Source: Verrucomicrobiota bacterium
Lineage (GTDB): Bacteria; Verrucomicrobiota; Verrucomicrobiia; Limisphaerales; Palsa-1400
Assembly (NCBI GenBank): GCA_049510745.1
Contig: JBEKYR010000035.1
Coordinates: forward strand, 1 to 55,995
Length of the DNA: 55,995 nt
Direction: 5' to 3'
The translations under genes were made by a program, and so were the position numbers. Below the pieces are notes generated by a model. The model was not told where the DNA came from. It did not search any database and saw only the letters and a list, made by a program, of their open reading frames with translations. This document shows, in pieces, positions 9,285 to 19,268 of the stretch (its first letter is position 1; each line of letters begins with the position of its first letter).

Positions 9285-12200
9285 TTCTTTTGTCCTCGTT
9301 CCTCCGCCATGTCTGAGTTTGTAGTCCGGGCGGAATTCAGGCCACAAACAATGGATTTGACGATGGTTGCGCGCTCAAAAATGGCGCGGCTGCTCTTTTC
9401 GTCCAGGCTCAACGCCTGCTGGCGACGCTTTTTGCCGTTGGCAAATTCAACCGTCAGAAATGGCTTTTCCGCGAGCTGATACACCACCGGCACCTGGCAA
9501 TAGGTGAAGGCGAGCGCGCCGGTTTTAAGCCGGAGTTTGCGCTGGGCGCCGGCCGCGTCCAGGTAAGTGAACGTGGCTGGCGACGGGAGAAATTCGTCCG
9601 CGCGCAGCAGCCGGGGATGGAAATGAATCCGCCCGTCGCGCACGCCCACGCCCAGTTCGCCAAAGCGGCACAGGATGTCTTCCTTGACCTGCCCGGTCAG
9701 CCCCGGCTGCCGCACGCCGGTGTGCGCCGGTGTGTGGGAATACGGGTCCATCGGAAATGCGCCGTAATTTTCCGGCGTCTTGAAATCGCCGATGCCGTCG
9801 CGAATGTCGTGGTAACATTCCGCCAGCCGTCCCGCGAAGGGCGAGTCGGCGGCGCGGAGAAAAGATTCCTGCGCTGCGAGCAGCAGCTTGGAAACCATGT
9901 GCCAATAAATGCAGCCCAAGCCCTCGTAGCCGAAAAAAGTTCCCGACCGCCCGGTGAAGGAACGGTGGTCGAACATCTGTTCAAACAGCTCCAGCACCTC
10001 TGCCGATGCTTGTTTCACCAGGCGCGCGTACCCGGCGGCGTCCAGATGATCCAAAATGCGCCGCACATCGCCGGCGTTGGTGATGCGCGGATTAAAATGG
10101 CAGACACCGGCCGCGTCCCGCTCGAGCAAAAGCCGGTTGCCGTCGGCCAGCAATTTCTTGAGCAACGGCGAGCGCGCGACGGAGGCCGCCGGCAGGTTGT
10201 TCTTCTCCACAAAGCGCGGCAGGCGGCGGTCGGGATAAAGCAGATACGAATGTTGATTCGCCCGGTAGATCGCGCCGCGTTTCAGGGCCGAGAGCAAATC
10301 CAGCGACTCTTCGGGCGAAAGAAAATTCGCGCCCAAAATCGCGGCCTGCCCTTCGAGCATTTCGGGCAGCCGCCGCACGGGAATGCCCTCGCCACTGGCC
10401 AACTCAACCAGATTATAGGAGTGATAAAGTCCGTCCGCCCGCCTGTTGGCGCGGATGGATTCATCCGTCAAAATGAGCGCCACGCTGAGAAATTCCAGCA
10501 ATTGAGTTTTGGCCAAGGCGGTTTTGCCCCCGGAAAAACCCTCCGCGTAAATCAACCGGCGATAACTTTCCGCCGCGCGGCCGAGCGCATCCAGAATCTG
10601 ACGGCGCGCCGCGCCGCCGATTTTCACGGAGCGGTGGCATTCCAAAATGTGCGCCGTCGCGGAAAACCATTCCGCCACTTCCGCCGACAGGTGAACCCCG
10701 CCGGCGGCGAACGACAGGAAAAGTTGCCGGCAAAAGGCCAGATGCCGGCGCAGTTGATACAGCGTCACCATGGAAGCGCCGTTGCCGACGAGGGCATTGT
10801 TGGCGTCGTTCCATTCCGGCCGCTGCGTGTTCAGCCAGATGCCCGCGCCGGGAATGAAATTGGCGAATTTCGCGAGCAGCGGGATCAACAATTTTTCCGT
10901 GAGGTTGACGTGGCGCACGCTCCCGCTTGTGTCCCAAACCAATTTGCCGTCCGAGCCGATCTTGCCGGCGCGCTGCCGCGTGAGCTGGTCTAACGCGGCA
11001 TCAAAGTCCACGGTGGCGCGCGGATTTTCCAGCAGTTGCGCGTAAGGTTTTATTTTGTAGGGGACATTGGCGAAGGAAAAAATTTCGCGCGTCAGAAAAT
11101 CGCGCAGCACCGCCGGATCGTGGCGCTCCAAAATCTCCAGCAGCTTCAACAGGTAAATGATTTGATGGTCGCCCCAGTAGCCGATGTGCGACCACGGGTC
11201 GTGCGGGTCAGGCACTTCCCAGTCAAATCCGTCGCGCGTGATGCGATACGGATTGTAGCCGTCCGCCGTCGAGGCGTTCACGAATTTGCAGACCATGCCG
11301 GAGACAAAGCCCGGAAAGGCAACCGCCAGCGCCTCCCAGTTTTGGAAAATGTCGCGCCAGTTGCCCTCGTAATTCAAAACCCGCCGTCCATCCGCGCCGC
11401 GAGGGGCGATGCAGAAACGGTTCCACGGCCGGCTGGGGTCGCCGTGCCGCCGGCTGAACGTGAGCGGCAGATATTCCTGGCAGAGCCGTTCCAGATTTGC
11501 GTCGGCGGATTCGCGGGCGAGCGTGAGCATGCGGTCGCGTGAAGCCGTCTTGCCCAGCCTGCGAAAAAAAGCGCCGTGCTTTGCGGCGACGGGCGAATTG
11601 GCGTGGCGGACAAACGAGAACAAATCGGCGGCATCAATCTTATAGTCGTCGACAAAAATTCCGCCGCGCATGACGTTGAAAAGAACGTTGCTGAAATGGC
11701 GGGCGTCACCGAGCGGGCGCGCCGATTTTTGCAGGCCGTCGGCGCGGGCCACGATGCGCCAGAGTTCTTCCGTGCCGCGCGCGATGTCGGCTTCGACTTT
11801 GTTTTGCAGCTCCACTGGCGAGCGCAAGAGCCGGCGCAAGTTCGTCACTTGCGACGGGCCTTGATCCACATCCGCAGCGATCATCCACTGGCGCCTTTGG
11901 CCAGGACGCAAGGTGAATTCGGATTCGACGAAGTAGGCGCCGCGTTCCCCGCGGACGTCGGTTTCGGTCTTGACCGGCAGTCCCTGCCGAAAATTTCCCA
12001 GTTGGACGGATGACAGCAGAATGTGGCGCCGTTGGATTCCAACCGGCCATACGGTCGTGGCCCGGAGGGATTCGGCCGGCTCTGGACGATCCACCGGAAT
12101 CGAACTCAACAGAAAAAGCCCCAGGCCGCATTCCGGCAGCAGTTCGTTTTTTTTGTAGGCGTCAATGAGCGTGCTTTTTTCGAGCTGAAACTGGCTGCCG

Positions 12201-12760
12201 ATGCCGCAAGGCAAAAGATTTTGCAGGCCATCCAGCAAACGGACTTTGACCATTCCGGCTGCGTAACTGGCCAGTGAGGATTTCCGCACCCAGCCAAACT
12301 GCTCGCTGCTTGCCCAGCCGTGACGAAAGGCCAGGCCCAGATCGTCGTTGACTTCTTCAAAAAAGATTTTGTTGCCGCGAAAATTTTTGTAGAGGTTGCG
12401 TCGAACCCCGTAAATGCCGCGGTCCCGTTCGGAAAACGGTTCCCACAAAAAGTTTTTGCCGCGGTGTTCGACAATCAGGATGGTTTTAGGGCCGGTGATT
12501 TCCGCCGCGTCGTGGATTTTATCGTCCGTGTAATATGGAAACAGGGCGAGGTCGGGATTGCGCCGGCCGGCAGTGAGCGCGCCGTTGCTGGAGATGAACA
12601 TCCAGTGATCCCCGCTGCTGACGATGCTCAAAAGAAACGGGCGCAGCCGGTCGCAATTCGCGATGCGGTAAAATTCTTCGCCGTCCAGAACAACCTGCCG
12701 GCCTTCGACTTTTTCCGTGCCGGACCGGACCGGATTTTTGCCGAGAAAAAGATTTTTCAT
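9281..12760 (-). CDS. GH149-like beta-1,3-glucan phosphorylase (cytoplasmic, 1159 aa)
   Basis: Recognised motifs LFPYYTDDKI, FSRRHGDPSRPWN, YEGNWRDIFQNWEAL, YEGLGCIYWHMVSKL and GAFPxDPYSHTP. Size and the neighbouring glucanases fit. Confidence 0.8.
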   Translation of the reverse strand: MKNLFLGKNPVRSGTEKVEGRQVVLDGEEFYRIANCDRLRPFLLSIVSSGDHWMFISSNGALTAGRRNPDLALFPYYTDDKIHDAAEITGPKTILIVEHRGKNFLWEPFSERDRGIYGVRRNLYKNFRGNKIFFEEVNDDLGLAFRHGWASSEQFGWVRKSSLASYAAGMVKVRLLDGLQNLLPCGIGSQFQLEKSTLIDAYKKNELLPECGLGLFLLSSIPVDRPEPAESLRATTVWPVGIQRRHILLSSVQLGNFRQGLPVKTETDVRGERGAYFVESEFTLRPGQRRQWMIAADVDQGPSQVTNLRRLLRSPVELQNKVEADIARGTEELWRIVARADGLQKSARPLGDARHFSNVLFNVMRGGIFVDDYKIDAADLFSFVRHANSPVAAKHGAFFRRLGKTASRDRMLTLARESADANLERLCQEYLPLTFSRRHGDPSRPWNRFCIAPRGADGRRVLNYEGNWRDIFQNWEALAVAFPGFVSGMVCKFVNASTADGYNPYRITRDGFDWEVPDPHDPWSHIGYWGDHQIIYLLKLLEILERHDPAVLRDFLTREIFSFANVPYKIKPYAQLLENPRATVDFDAALDQLTRQRAGKIGSDGKLVWDTSGSVRHVNLTEKLLIPLLAKFANFIPGAGIWLNTQRPEWNDANNALVGNGASMVTLYQLRRHLAFCRQLFLSFAAGGVHLSAEVAEWFSATAHILECHRSVKIGGAARRQILDALGRAAESYRRLIYAEGFSGGKTALAKTQLLEFLSVALILTDESIRANRRADGLYHSYNLVELASGEGIPVRRLPEMLEGQAAILGANFLSPEESLDLLSALKRGAIYRANQHSYLLYPDRRLPRFVEKNNLPAASVARSPLLKKLLADGNRLLLERDAAGVCHFNPRITNAGDVRRILDHLDAAGYARLVKQASAEVLELFEQMFDHRSFTGRSGTFFGYEGLGCIYWHMVSKLLLAAQESFLRAADSPFAGRLAECYHDIRDGIGDFKTPENYGAFPMDPYSHTPAHTGVRQPGLTGQVKEDILCRFGELGVGVRDGRIHFHPRLLRADEFLPSPATFTYLDAAGAQRKLRLKTGALAFTYCQVPVVYQLAEKPFLTVEFANGKKRRQQALSLDEKSSRAIFERATIVKSIVCGLNSARTTNSDMAEERGQKK

Positions 12761-12784
12761 CCGATGGCGCGGCCGAGCCGTTAA

Positions 12785-14140
12785 TCAGGGTTGCGGGGCA
12801 AGGGTGGCCGTTTTCGCGTCCACATAAAACGGAATGTTCGCGTAGGCGGCCTTGCCGTGGCCGTCGAGCACATAAACGAAGAGCCGGTAAGCGCCCGCCT
12901 CGGCGGGGGCTTTGATGTGCGCCTCGGCGGCGGCTCCTGCCAAAACCAGACCGGGCAAACACTGCGGCTGGGGTTCAAAATCACCGCCGGTGGATTGCGC
13001 GCCGCTTTCTTCCATGATTTCCCAGGAGTAATTCAGCGGCGCATTGGCGGGCGCTTGAGCCAGCACCCTGGCCGCGTAACTGTGGCCGGCACTCAAGTGA
13101 ACATTCTGCCGCGCGGTTTTTCCATCGAGCCAGAAACCTTTCAATTGCGGGCTGCGAAACTCGGGCCAGCGGTCCGTCCAGATGAACTGCATGACATCCA
13201 CGGCTTCGGTGGCCTCACCGGACGGCAAAAACATGCCATACCAGGTCGGCGTGCGTTCCTGCTTTTGTCCCCAGAGAAAAACGTAGGAGCCGAGGCAATT
13301 CGTTGTGTCCGGCGCGATGGCGATTTCGTAACGCCTGCGGTAAGAACCGGCCTTTGCCGAACTGTCCTCCTCGATGGGCGCGCCCCAGCCGGTCTTGCCA
13401 CATTCCCAGTGCCCGGTGGCGCCCCACTCGCTGACGACATACGGCCCGTCCCAGCCGCTGTCGCGGAGTTCGCGCGGCAGGTTCACGATGTCGGCGTAGG
13501 ACTGGATGCAAAGCAAGTCGAGATCCGGCGCGCGGCTTTTGATTTGATCCACCAAGTCTTTGCTGATGCCCGCCAGCGACGTGGTGGTGGGATGGCACGG
13601 GTCAATCTGGTGGATCATTTTGGAAATATTGTTGACCGCGTCCCAGATTTTGGGATTGCGAGAATTCAAATTTAATTCGTTGCCGATGTCCCACATGAGC
13701 AGCGCGGGATGATCCTTGAATTGGAGCGCCTGGGCTTTGATTTCCGCGAGCTGTTTGGCCACGGCATTCGTGTCGGAATAATCAAAGCCATGCCGTTCGC
13801 GCCCCACGTCCAATCCCATGGTGACAAAGAGTCCGTTTTTCAGGGCGCGATCCAAAACCTGCTGACCGGTCTGGCGGCCATTGTCCGGGCGCCAAGTGCG
13901 GAAGGAATTGCCGCCCGCCGCCGCCAGTTTTTCCTGATCGCCAAATTCGAGTCCCGCGCCCTTGATGAAAAACGGCTGGTGGTTCACCAGGAGTTGCCAG
14001 CGACCGCCCACCTGGCGGACTTCCACTTTGGCGGGACCGATGGCCTTGATCGTTTCTTGCGCGACGCCAGTCTGGGCAACCAGGATTCCGGACAGCAACG
14101 CCAGTGGCCATTTCCATGAAGTTTTATTGGTGCGAGTCAT
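12785..14140 (-). CDS. Secreted clan GH-A TIM-barrel glycoside hydrolase (GH158/GH2-like beta-1,3-glucanase)
   Basis: GGNSFRTW, WDIGNELN (acid/base), VSEWG (nucleophile) and LWGQKQERTPTWYG, with a C-terminal Ig-like domain. Start at 14140. Confidence 0.7.
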   Translation of the reverse strand: MTRTNKTSWKWPLALLSGILVAQTGVAQETIKAIGPAKVEVRQVGGRWQLLVNHQPFFIKGAGLEFGDQEKLAAAGGNSFRTWRPDNGRQTGQQVLDRALKNGLFVTMGLDVGRERHGFDYSDTNAVAKQLAEIKAQALQFKDHPALLMWDIGNELNLNSRNPKIWDAVNNISKMIHQIDPCHPTTTSLAGISKDLVDQIKSRAPDLDLLCIQSYADIVNLPRELRDSGWDGPYVVSEWGATGHWECGKTGWGAPIEEDSSAKAGSYRRRYEIAIAPDTTNCLGSYVFLWGQKQERTPTWYGMFLPSGEATEAVDVMQFIWTDRWPEFRSPQLKGFWLDGKTARQNVHLSAGHSYAARVLAQAPANAPLNYSWEIMEESGAQSTGGDFEPQPQCLPGLVLAGAAAEAHIKAPAEAGAYRLFVYVLDGHGKAAYANIPFYVDAKTATLAPQP

Positions 14141-15704
14141 AAGATGATTTTGTTGGCGACAGCGCATGGCCGACCAAAATGTGTTCCAGTTCCTCCAGCG
14201 ATTTGCCTTTGGTTTCCGGAATGGCCGCCAGCACGAACCCCAGCGCCGCCAGCGCCAGCAGGCCGTAGCCGAGAAACGTGCCGGCCGCGCCGAAGTTCGT
14301 CAGTTCCCACGGAAAAATCATCGTGACCGTCGCGCTCACAACCGAGTTCCAAAAGCCGACGACGGAAATGGCCGCGCCGCGATAGGCGTTGGGGAAAATT
14401 TCCGAGAGCAGCACCCACATCACCGGCCCCAGCGAAATGGCGAACGACGCCACAAATCCCATGATGGCGTAAAGCACCAGCGAGGCCCGGATGTTCAGTC
14501 CAGCGCTGGTCAGCGCATCGTGGTAAGGCGCCAGCCGATCCGCGCCCAGCTTGCTGTCCAGAGCGGCGAGAAATTCCTGGTCAGTGGTGAAAACCTGTGG
14601 CGCCAGTTTCTGGAGATCGGCGATCAGGTCAGCCGGAACCTTGCTGGAACTCAAAACGGCAAAGGATTTTTTCGTCAATTGATAGTTTGAATGGTGAAAC
14701 GCGCCGGCGCAGGTCAGCAGCGAGATGGCCATGCCGGCAGTTCCCAGCACCAGCAACGGCTTGCGCCCCAGCCGGTCAATCCACTTGATGGCCACGAACG
14801 TCATGCCCAGGTTGACCAGCCCCACGATGACCGCCTGCTTGAACGCCGCATTCGTGCCGCCGCCGGCCTGCGAAAAAATGGTCGGCAGATAATAGAAGAC
14901 CGCGTTGATGCCGGTGATTTGCTGGAAGAACGCAATCGTCAACGCGATCAACATGACGAAACGCATCTTCCGGCTGAACAACGCGCCCGCGCCGACACCG
15001 GCAACGTGTTCCGCGGCGCTTTGGCGGATGCTGCGCAGTTCCTCCGCCGCGTGTTCCGCCCCGGCGACCTTGGTGAAAATTTTCAGCGCCTGGTCTTCAC
15101 GACCCTTGCCGAACAACCAGCGCGGGCTTTCCGGGACGAAAAACAGCAGGCAGAAATACAGCGCCGCCGGAATGGCCTCGACGCCGAGCATCCAGCGCCA
15201 GCAGTTGCCGCCCAGGCTCAACAAAAAGTAGTTGGAAAAAAAGGAGGCCGAGATGCCGATGACAATCATCAACTGGTTGAAAGACACCAGACTGCCACGC
15301 AGCTGGGACGGCGCAATTTCGGCGATGTAAACCGGCGCGATGAGAATGGCGCCGCCCACCGCAATGCCGCCGATGATTCGCGACAAGACGAAGATCGTAA
15401 AATTCGCCGTCGTTGCCGAGAGCAGGGCGGAGACGGTGAACAGCACCGCCGTCAGCAGCAGAACTTTTTTGCGACCGAAGGCGTCGCTCAAGAAACCGGC
15501 CAGCGCGTTGCCGCCGAGCGCGCCCCAGCCCAGACAACTCACGGCCCAGCCCAGTTTCAGGTCGCCGCGGGCACCCGCGAGCGCGAAGTATTTCTTGATG
15601 AACGGCACCGCGCCGGAAATCACCGTGGCGTCGAAGCCCAGCAGAAATCCGCCCACGGCGACAATGAGCGCCACAAACACGGTGAATAATTTGCCTTGGT
15701 TCAT
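14124..15704 (-). CDS. Sugar porter family MFS transporter
   Basis: GFDATVISG, DAFGRK, PESPRWL, QQITGINAVFYY, DRLGRK and PETKGKSLEE. Confidence 0.93.
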   Translation of the reverse strand: MNQGKLFTVFVALIVAVGGFLLGFDATVISGAVPFIKKYFALAGARGDLKLGWAVSCLGWGALGGNALAGFLSDAFGRKKVLLLTAVLFTVSALLSATTANFTIFVLSRIIGGIAVGGAILIAPVYIAEIAPSQLRGSLVSFNQLMIVIGISASFFSNYFLLSLGGNCWRWMLGVEAIPAALYFCLLFFVPESPRWLFGKGREDQALKIFTKVAGAEHAAEELRSIRQSAAEHVAGVGAGALFSRKMRFVMLIALTIAFFQQITGINAVFYYLPTIFSQAGGGTNAAFKQAVIVGLVNLGMTFVAIKWIDRLGRKPLLVLGTAGMAISLLTCAGAFHHSNYQLTKKSFAVLSSSKVPADLIADLQKLAPQVFTTDQEFLAALDSKLGADRLAPYHDALTSAGLNIRASLVLYAIMGFVASFAISLGPVMWVLLSEIFPNAYRGAAISVVGFWNSVVSATVTMIFPWELTNFGAAGTFLGYGLLALAALGFVLAAIPETKGKSLEELEHILVGHALSPTKSSYDSHQ

Positions 15705-15796
15705 AATATGGATGATCCCTTTGGTTCTTCCGTTGGCCGGCAAGTTTTAACCGGCGACCGGAATGGCCCCGCCGAAATTGTCACCGCAATGGATCT

Positions 15797-16555
15797 TCAA
15801 AAGGATTTCAGGGCAAAGACATCTTGCAGATCTGTATCCAAATCGGACCATCTCCAACTTTCGACATGCCCGTCGCAGAATGAAAAGACCGCGCGAGCAT
15901 TGTGGCGGCAGGCGGCCTGTTTATACGAAGGGTCCGTCGTCCAGCCCGAGCCGATGACTGGCTTCACGACGGTGATGTCCGTGTAATAGCCGCTGGTGGG
16001 CAATCGGTTTATATTGCCGCCACTTTTGGGGTCGCCTACGTCGCCAACCAACCAAATCTGGCTGGTCCGATTGATGGTGTTCATTTTACGGCTGCCCTGC
16101 ACGTGGCCGGAGAGATCCAAGTTGTAACGGATCACTCCATTGGCGGGGTTGACGGTGTCTTCCAGCGGACCATACCCTTCGCAAGGAGAATCAAAATAGG
16201 CAACCGTGGAGGCAAGAATGTCCGCATTCTGCACGGCCGGGCAGCGCCAGACGTTGTTCGAGATGGTGCTGCTCGTGATGTAACCGCCAAGATAAACGAA
16301 CCACCAGTTGGTGGTGTGGGTGGCAAAATTGTTCTGATTCAATGGAGGCAGAAAATCGTTATAATCGCCGACATACATCTTCATGGCCAAACTAATTTGC
16401 TTGTTATTGTTGGCGCAAGCGATGGCCTTGGCCTTGGTTTTTGCCGCGCTCAAGGCTGGCAGCAGCAGGGCTGCCAGGATGGCAATGATGGCGATGACGA
16501 CCAGCAATTCAATGAGTGTGAACCCAGTCTTGCCCGAACGGTTTTGACCTTTCAT
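15797..16555 (-). CDS. Prepilin-type N-terminal cleavage/methylation protein with C-terminal H-X9-DG motif
   Basis: [26 protein letters not shown]-x-NN-x-KQ and C-terminal [16 protein letters not shown]. Confidence 0.92.
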   Translation of the reverse strand: MKGQNRSGKTGFTLIELLVVIAIIAILAALLLPALSAAKTKAKAIACANNNKQISLAMKMYVGDYNDFLPPLNQNNFATHTTNWWFVYLGGYITSSTISNNVWRCPAVQNADILASTVAYFDSPCEGYGPLEDTVNPANGVIRYNLDLSGHVQGSRKMNTINRTSQIWLVGDVGDPKSGGNINRLPTSGYYTDITVVKPVIGSGWTTDPSYKQAACRHNARAVFSFCDGHVESWRWSDLDTDLQDVFALKSF

Positions 16556-16559
16556 GCTT

Positions 16560-16835
16560 TTATGAATTGGAGATTCCATGCATTTGTTGGCTGGCCGGGT
16601 CCACAAGCCGGACTCGCATTTCCCGGATGAACCGGCGATGTTTTTCGACCCCTCCCCGCACTTTAACCGGGTGGCGCCGTTCCGCCTCCTGTGCGGACAA
16701 ACTTCTGACCGCCGCCCCCGTGGTCAAAATGCGATCCGGGCTTTCCGCGGTCAACCCGGAGTGCGAGGCCGCAAGACATGACAGGCCCACCATCAGCGTG
16801 AACCCCGTCCGGCTTGTTCGCTTTTGCGCTTTCAT
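16560..16835 (-). pseudogene. Short chimeric fragment: prepilin-like leader plus first segment of a sensor-kinase periplasmic repeat
   Basis: MKAQKRTSRTGFTL resembles the neighbour's [41 protein letters not shown] resembles the kinase's LRTVEAIRKLTVAQTEQRIPVHLRGVV. Confidence 0.5.
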
Positions 16836-16925
16836 ATTTTTTGCAGATTGGCCGGGCCTGCGCTGTTGGAGGCAGGCCCAACCATTTTTTGAATACAATC
16901 ACACCTATTTAAACACCGCGCCCAT

Positions 16926-19136
16926 TTACTGGATGACCAGCCGGTAGAAACGGACGGCCGCTCCGGTGGTATCCGCAACCGTCACGGTTGAACCATTGCC
17001 ACTAGTAACAGGGCTCAAACTTGACCAGGTGCTGTCAGTCAGATTGTTTTTGTATTGCACGGTGTAATTGTGACCATTCTCCGAGAAGAAACTCAGGCTG
17101 GTGACATTGCCGGCCCTGCTGGCGGTCATTGTGGGCAGGGGGACGGACACCAAGGCGCTGGTCAAGGCGCTGCCGCCCCAGGGATCAGGCGTGCCGTCCG
17201 GACTTTCAATGGGACCGTCGGTTCTCAGCCCATATTGGATGTGGTCACCCGCTGTCGTGGAAACCGTGATGCTGAAGGCCTGTCCCGGCGCAAGGTTGGT
17301 CACGGCATATTCACCCGGAGTCAATTGGTAGCCGGCGTTAAAATCTTCAATGAATGCCGATGAGACGCAGGTTCCAGCCAGACTGTTGCTCGGACAATAA
17401 CCGGCAAAGGTCAAAGTCTGCCCCCCCAGATTGTCATCTTCAATGTAGAAGTCAGCTTCCAGAGATCTGACCGATACACCCCCCGAGACAAAATTGGCAT
17501 CATTGGTTTCCCATAAATTGGTGTTTGGAGCCAAGACGGCCATGCCGTTGAGGAAGCTTGTCCTTAAGGCGGCTGTCCCAAATGGTTCTCCAGACTCATA
17601 AGACCCTTGAGTGCCGTCACCATTTATCGCATAAAAGTTCATGTATCCGACATAGGGCGCATAGGGGTCAACGACCAAATGATTGGGATTTTGCACTGCC
17701 AGATAAACAGCGCCAGTCGAGCTTTGACCCAAGGTCGCATCGGTGACCGCCACCGAATAATTCCCTTCATCGGTGGTTGCCAGATTGCTCAAAGTGAGCG
17801 TGGGGCTGACAGCACCGGACAGATTGACGCCATTTTTCCTCCATTGGTAAGTCAAAGGGTCGCTGCCCGTGGCGCTGGCCGTAAGCACCACGTTGGACCC
17901 GACAATGGAAATCGGCGGGTTGGCGGTCACCGAGCTGATGATCGGACCTGCCGGCGGAAGATTGCTGGAGATGACCGCATTGCCCAAGCTGGGCAGAGCC
18001 GCTGTCCTCGCATTCGGTCCAATGGTTTCAAAACCATATTGAACATGATCTCCTGCTGAAGTCGAGAGGGAGATGCTAAACGCCCCGCTCGTCACAGGCG
18101 TGGTGCTTGTGGTCGATGATGAGTAATCCGAGACAAAGTCCTTGATGAATACCGTCGAGGTGTAAGGTGTGACGAGGGAGTTATTCCACACATTGCCTGA
18201 AAACGTCACAATCTCGCCCGCCAAAGTGTCGTCCTGGACATACATGCTGGCGTCCATGGTGTGGTTGCCGGCCGCATTGGTCGTGCCATCATTTGGCGCC
18301 TGCCACCAATAAGCATCAATCGGATCAGTCCGGTCGATGTTGTCGTTGGGAGTCAACGTCAGAATGGCCCCGGAAAAATGGGCGTCCAAGTCGGCCGTTC
18401 CCCAGGCGCTGCCAAAATCATAGCCTCCGCCATTTGATGGAAGTTCGAACACGTTCATGAAACCGATCCAGGCTTTTGCAGGATTCACCAAAACATGAAC
18501 GGAGCCTGGCGCGGTAATGACCACACTGCCCAGAGCCGGCAGGGAGGCCGTTCGCGCATTCGGCCCAACGGTTTCAAAGCCATACTGGATGTGATGTCCG
18601 GCGAGAGTTGCTTTAGTGAGGCTGAACGCTCCTGCAACCATGGGCGCGGTGACGGAAGTCGAAGAGGAGTAATCAGGCGCAAGATCCTTGATAAACACCG
18701 TTGAGGTGTAGGGCGCCACCAGCGTGTTCTGCTGGCAAGCACCGGAAAAGGTCACCGTCTGGCCTGCCAAAGTGTCGTCCTGGACATACATGCTGGCGTC
18801 CATGGTGTGGTTGCCGGCCGCATTGGTCGTGCCATCATTTGGCGCCTGCCACCAATAAGCATCGATCGGATCAGTCCGGTCGATGTTGTCGTTGGGAGTC
18901 AGCGTCAGCGTGGTGCCGGAAAAATTGGCGTCCAGATCGGCCGTGGCCCACGGACTGCCAAAATCATAGCCCCCGCCGTTGGCCGGGAGTTCGAAAACAT
19001 TCATGTAGCCGATCCAGGGTTTTGTGGAATCGACATACACATTGACTGCAAGAGCCGGCATGGCTCCGATCAAAAGCGCGCACAATGCGCCCATTGCGGC
19101 GAGGACATAACGACAAGGTTTGATTTCAGTTTTCAT
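16926..19136 (-). CDS. Secreted multidomain protein: three ~180-aa GYMN-type repeats, one Ig-like domain, C-terminal FYR domain
   Basis: Signal peptide (start 19136), repeats starting WIGYMNVF / WIGFMNVF / YVGYMNFY and ending HIQYG, Ig motif LTYQWRKNG...DEGNYSV, and C-terminus RFYRLVIQ. Confidence 0.85.
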   Translation of the reverse strand: MKTEIKPCRYVLAAMGALCALLIGAMPALAVNVYVDSTKPWIGYMNVFELPANGGGYDFGSPWATADLDANFSGTTLTLTPNDNIDRTDPIDAYWWQAPNDGTTNAAGNHTMDASMYVQDDTLAGQTVTFSGACQQNTLVAPYTSTVFIKDLAPDYSSSTSVTAPMVAGAFSLTKATLAGHHIQYGFETVGPNARTASLPALGSVVITAPGSVHVLVNPAKAWIGFMNVFELPSNGGGYDFGSAWGTADLDAHFSGAILTLTPNDNIDRTDPIDAYWWQAPNDGTTNAAGNHTMDASMYVQDDTLAGEIVTFSGNVWNNSLVTPYTSTVFIKDFVSDYSSSTTSTTPVTSGAFSISLSTSAGDHVQYGFETIGPNARTAALPSLGNAVISSNLPPAGPIISSVTANPPISIVGSNVVLTASATGSDPLTYQWRKNGVNLSGAVSPTLTLSNLATTDEGNYSVAVTDATLGQSSTGAVYLAVQNPNHLVVDPYAPYVGYMNFYAINGDGTQGSYESGEPFGTAALRTSFLNGMAVLAPNTNLWETNDANFVSGGVSVRSLEADFYIEDDNLGGQTLTFAGYCPSNSLAGTCVSSAFIEDFNAGYQLTPGEYAVTNLAPGQAFSITVSTTAGDHIQYGLRTDGPIESPDGTPDPWGGSALTSALVSVPLPTMTASRAGNVTSLSFFSENGHNYTVQYKNNLTDSTWSSLSPVTSGNGSTVTVADTTGAAVRFYRLVIQ
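18220..18908. repeat. 143-bp intragenic direct repeat (18220-18362 and 18766-18908)
   Basis: 141/143 identical, offset 546 bp (182 codons), both differences synonymous. Confidence 0.9.
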
Positions 19137-19252
19137 TGTTGAATTAGTTGAATCAGGTGACACGGAATGGCAGGCGTGACGAACGGCGTTTGGCATTAAG
19201 TATGTTTTCATAGTGTTGCACACACCTTAACCGCCATCGCCCGTTTGCCTAG

Positions 19253-19268
19253 CTAGCCAAGCGGCTAG
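19253..19268. promoter_or_regulatory. Candidate NarL/LuxR-type operator upstream of the glucan operon
   Basis: Perfect CTAGCC-N4-GGCTAG inverted repeat just upstream of a minus-strand TAAGGT -10-like hexamer (19229-19224). Confidence 0.45.

Noticed and set aside
18220..18908. Possible DGR template/variable repeat pair (both mismatches are A/G on the + strand)
   Set aside because: Both copies are in-frame parts of one gene, the two differences are synonymous, and there is no reverse transcriptase in the window.
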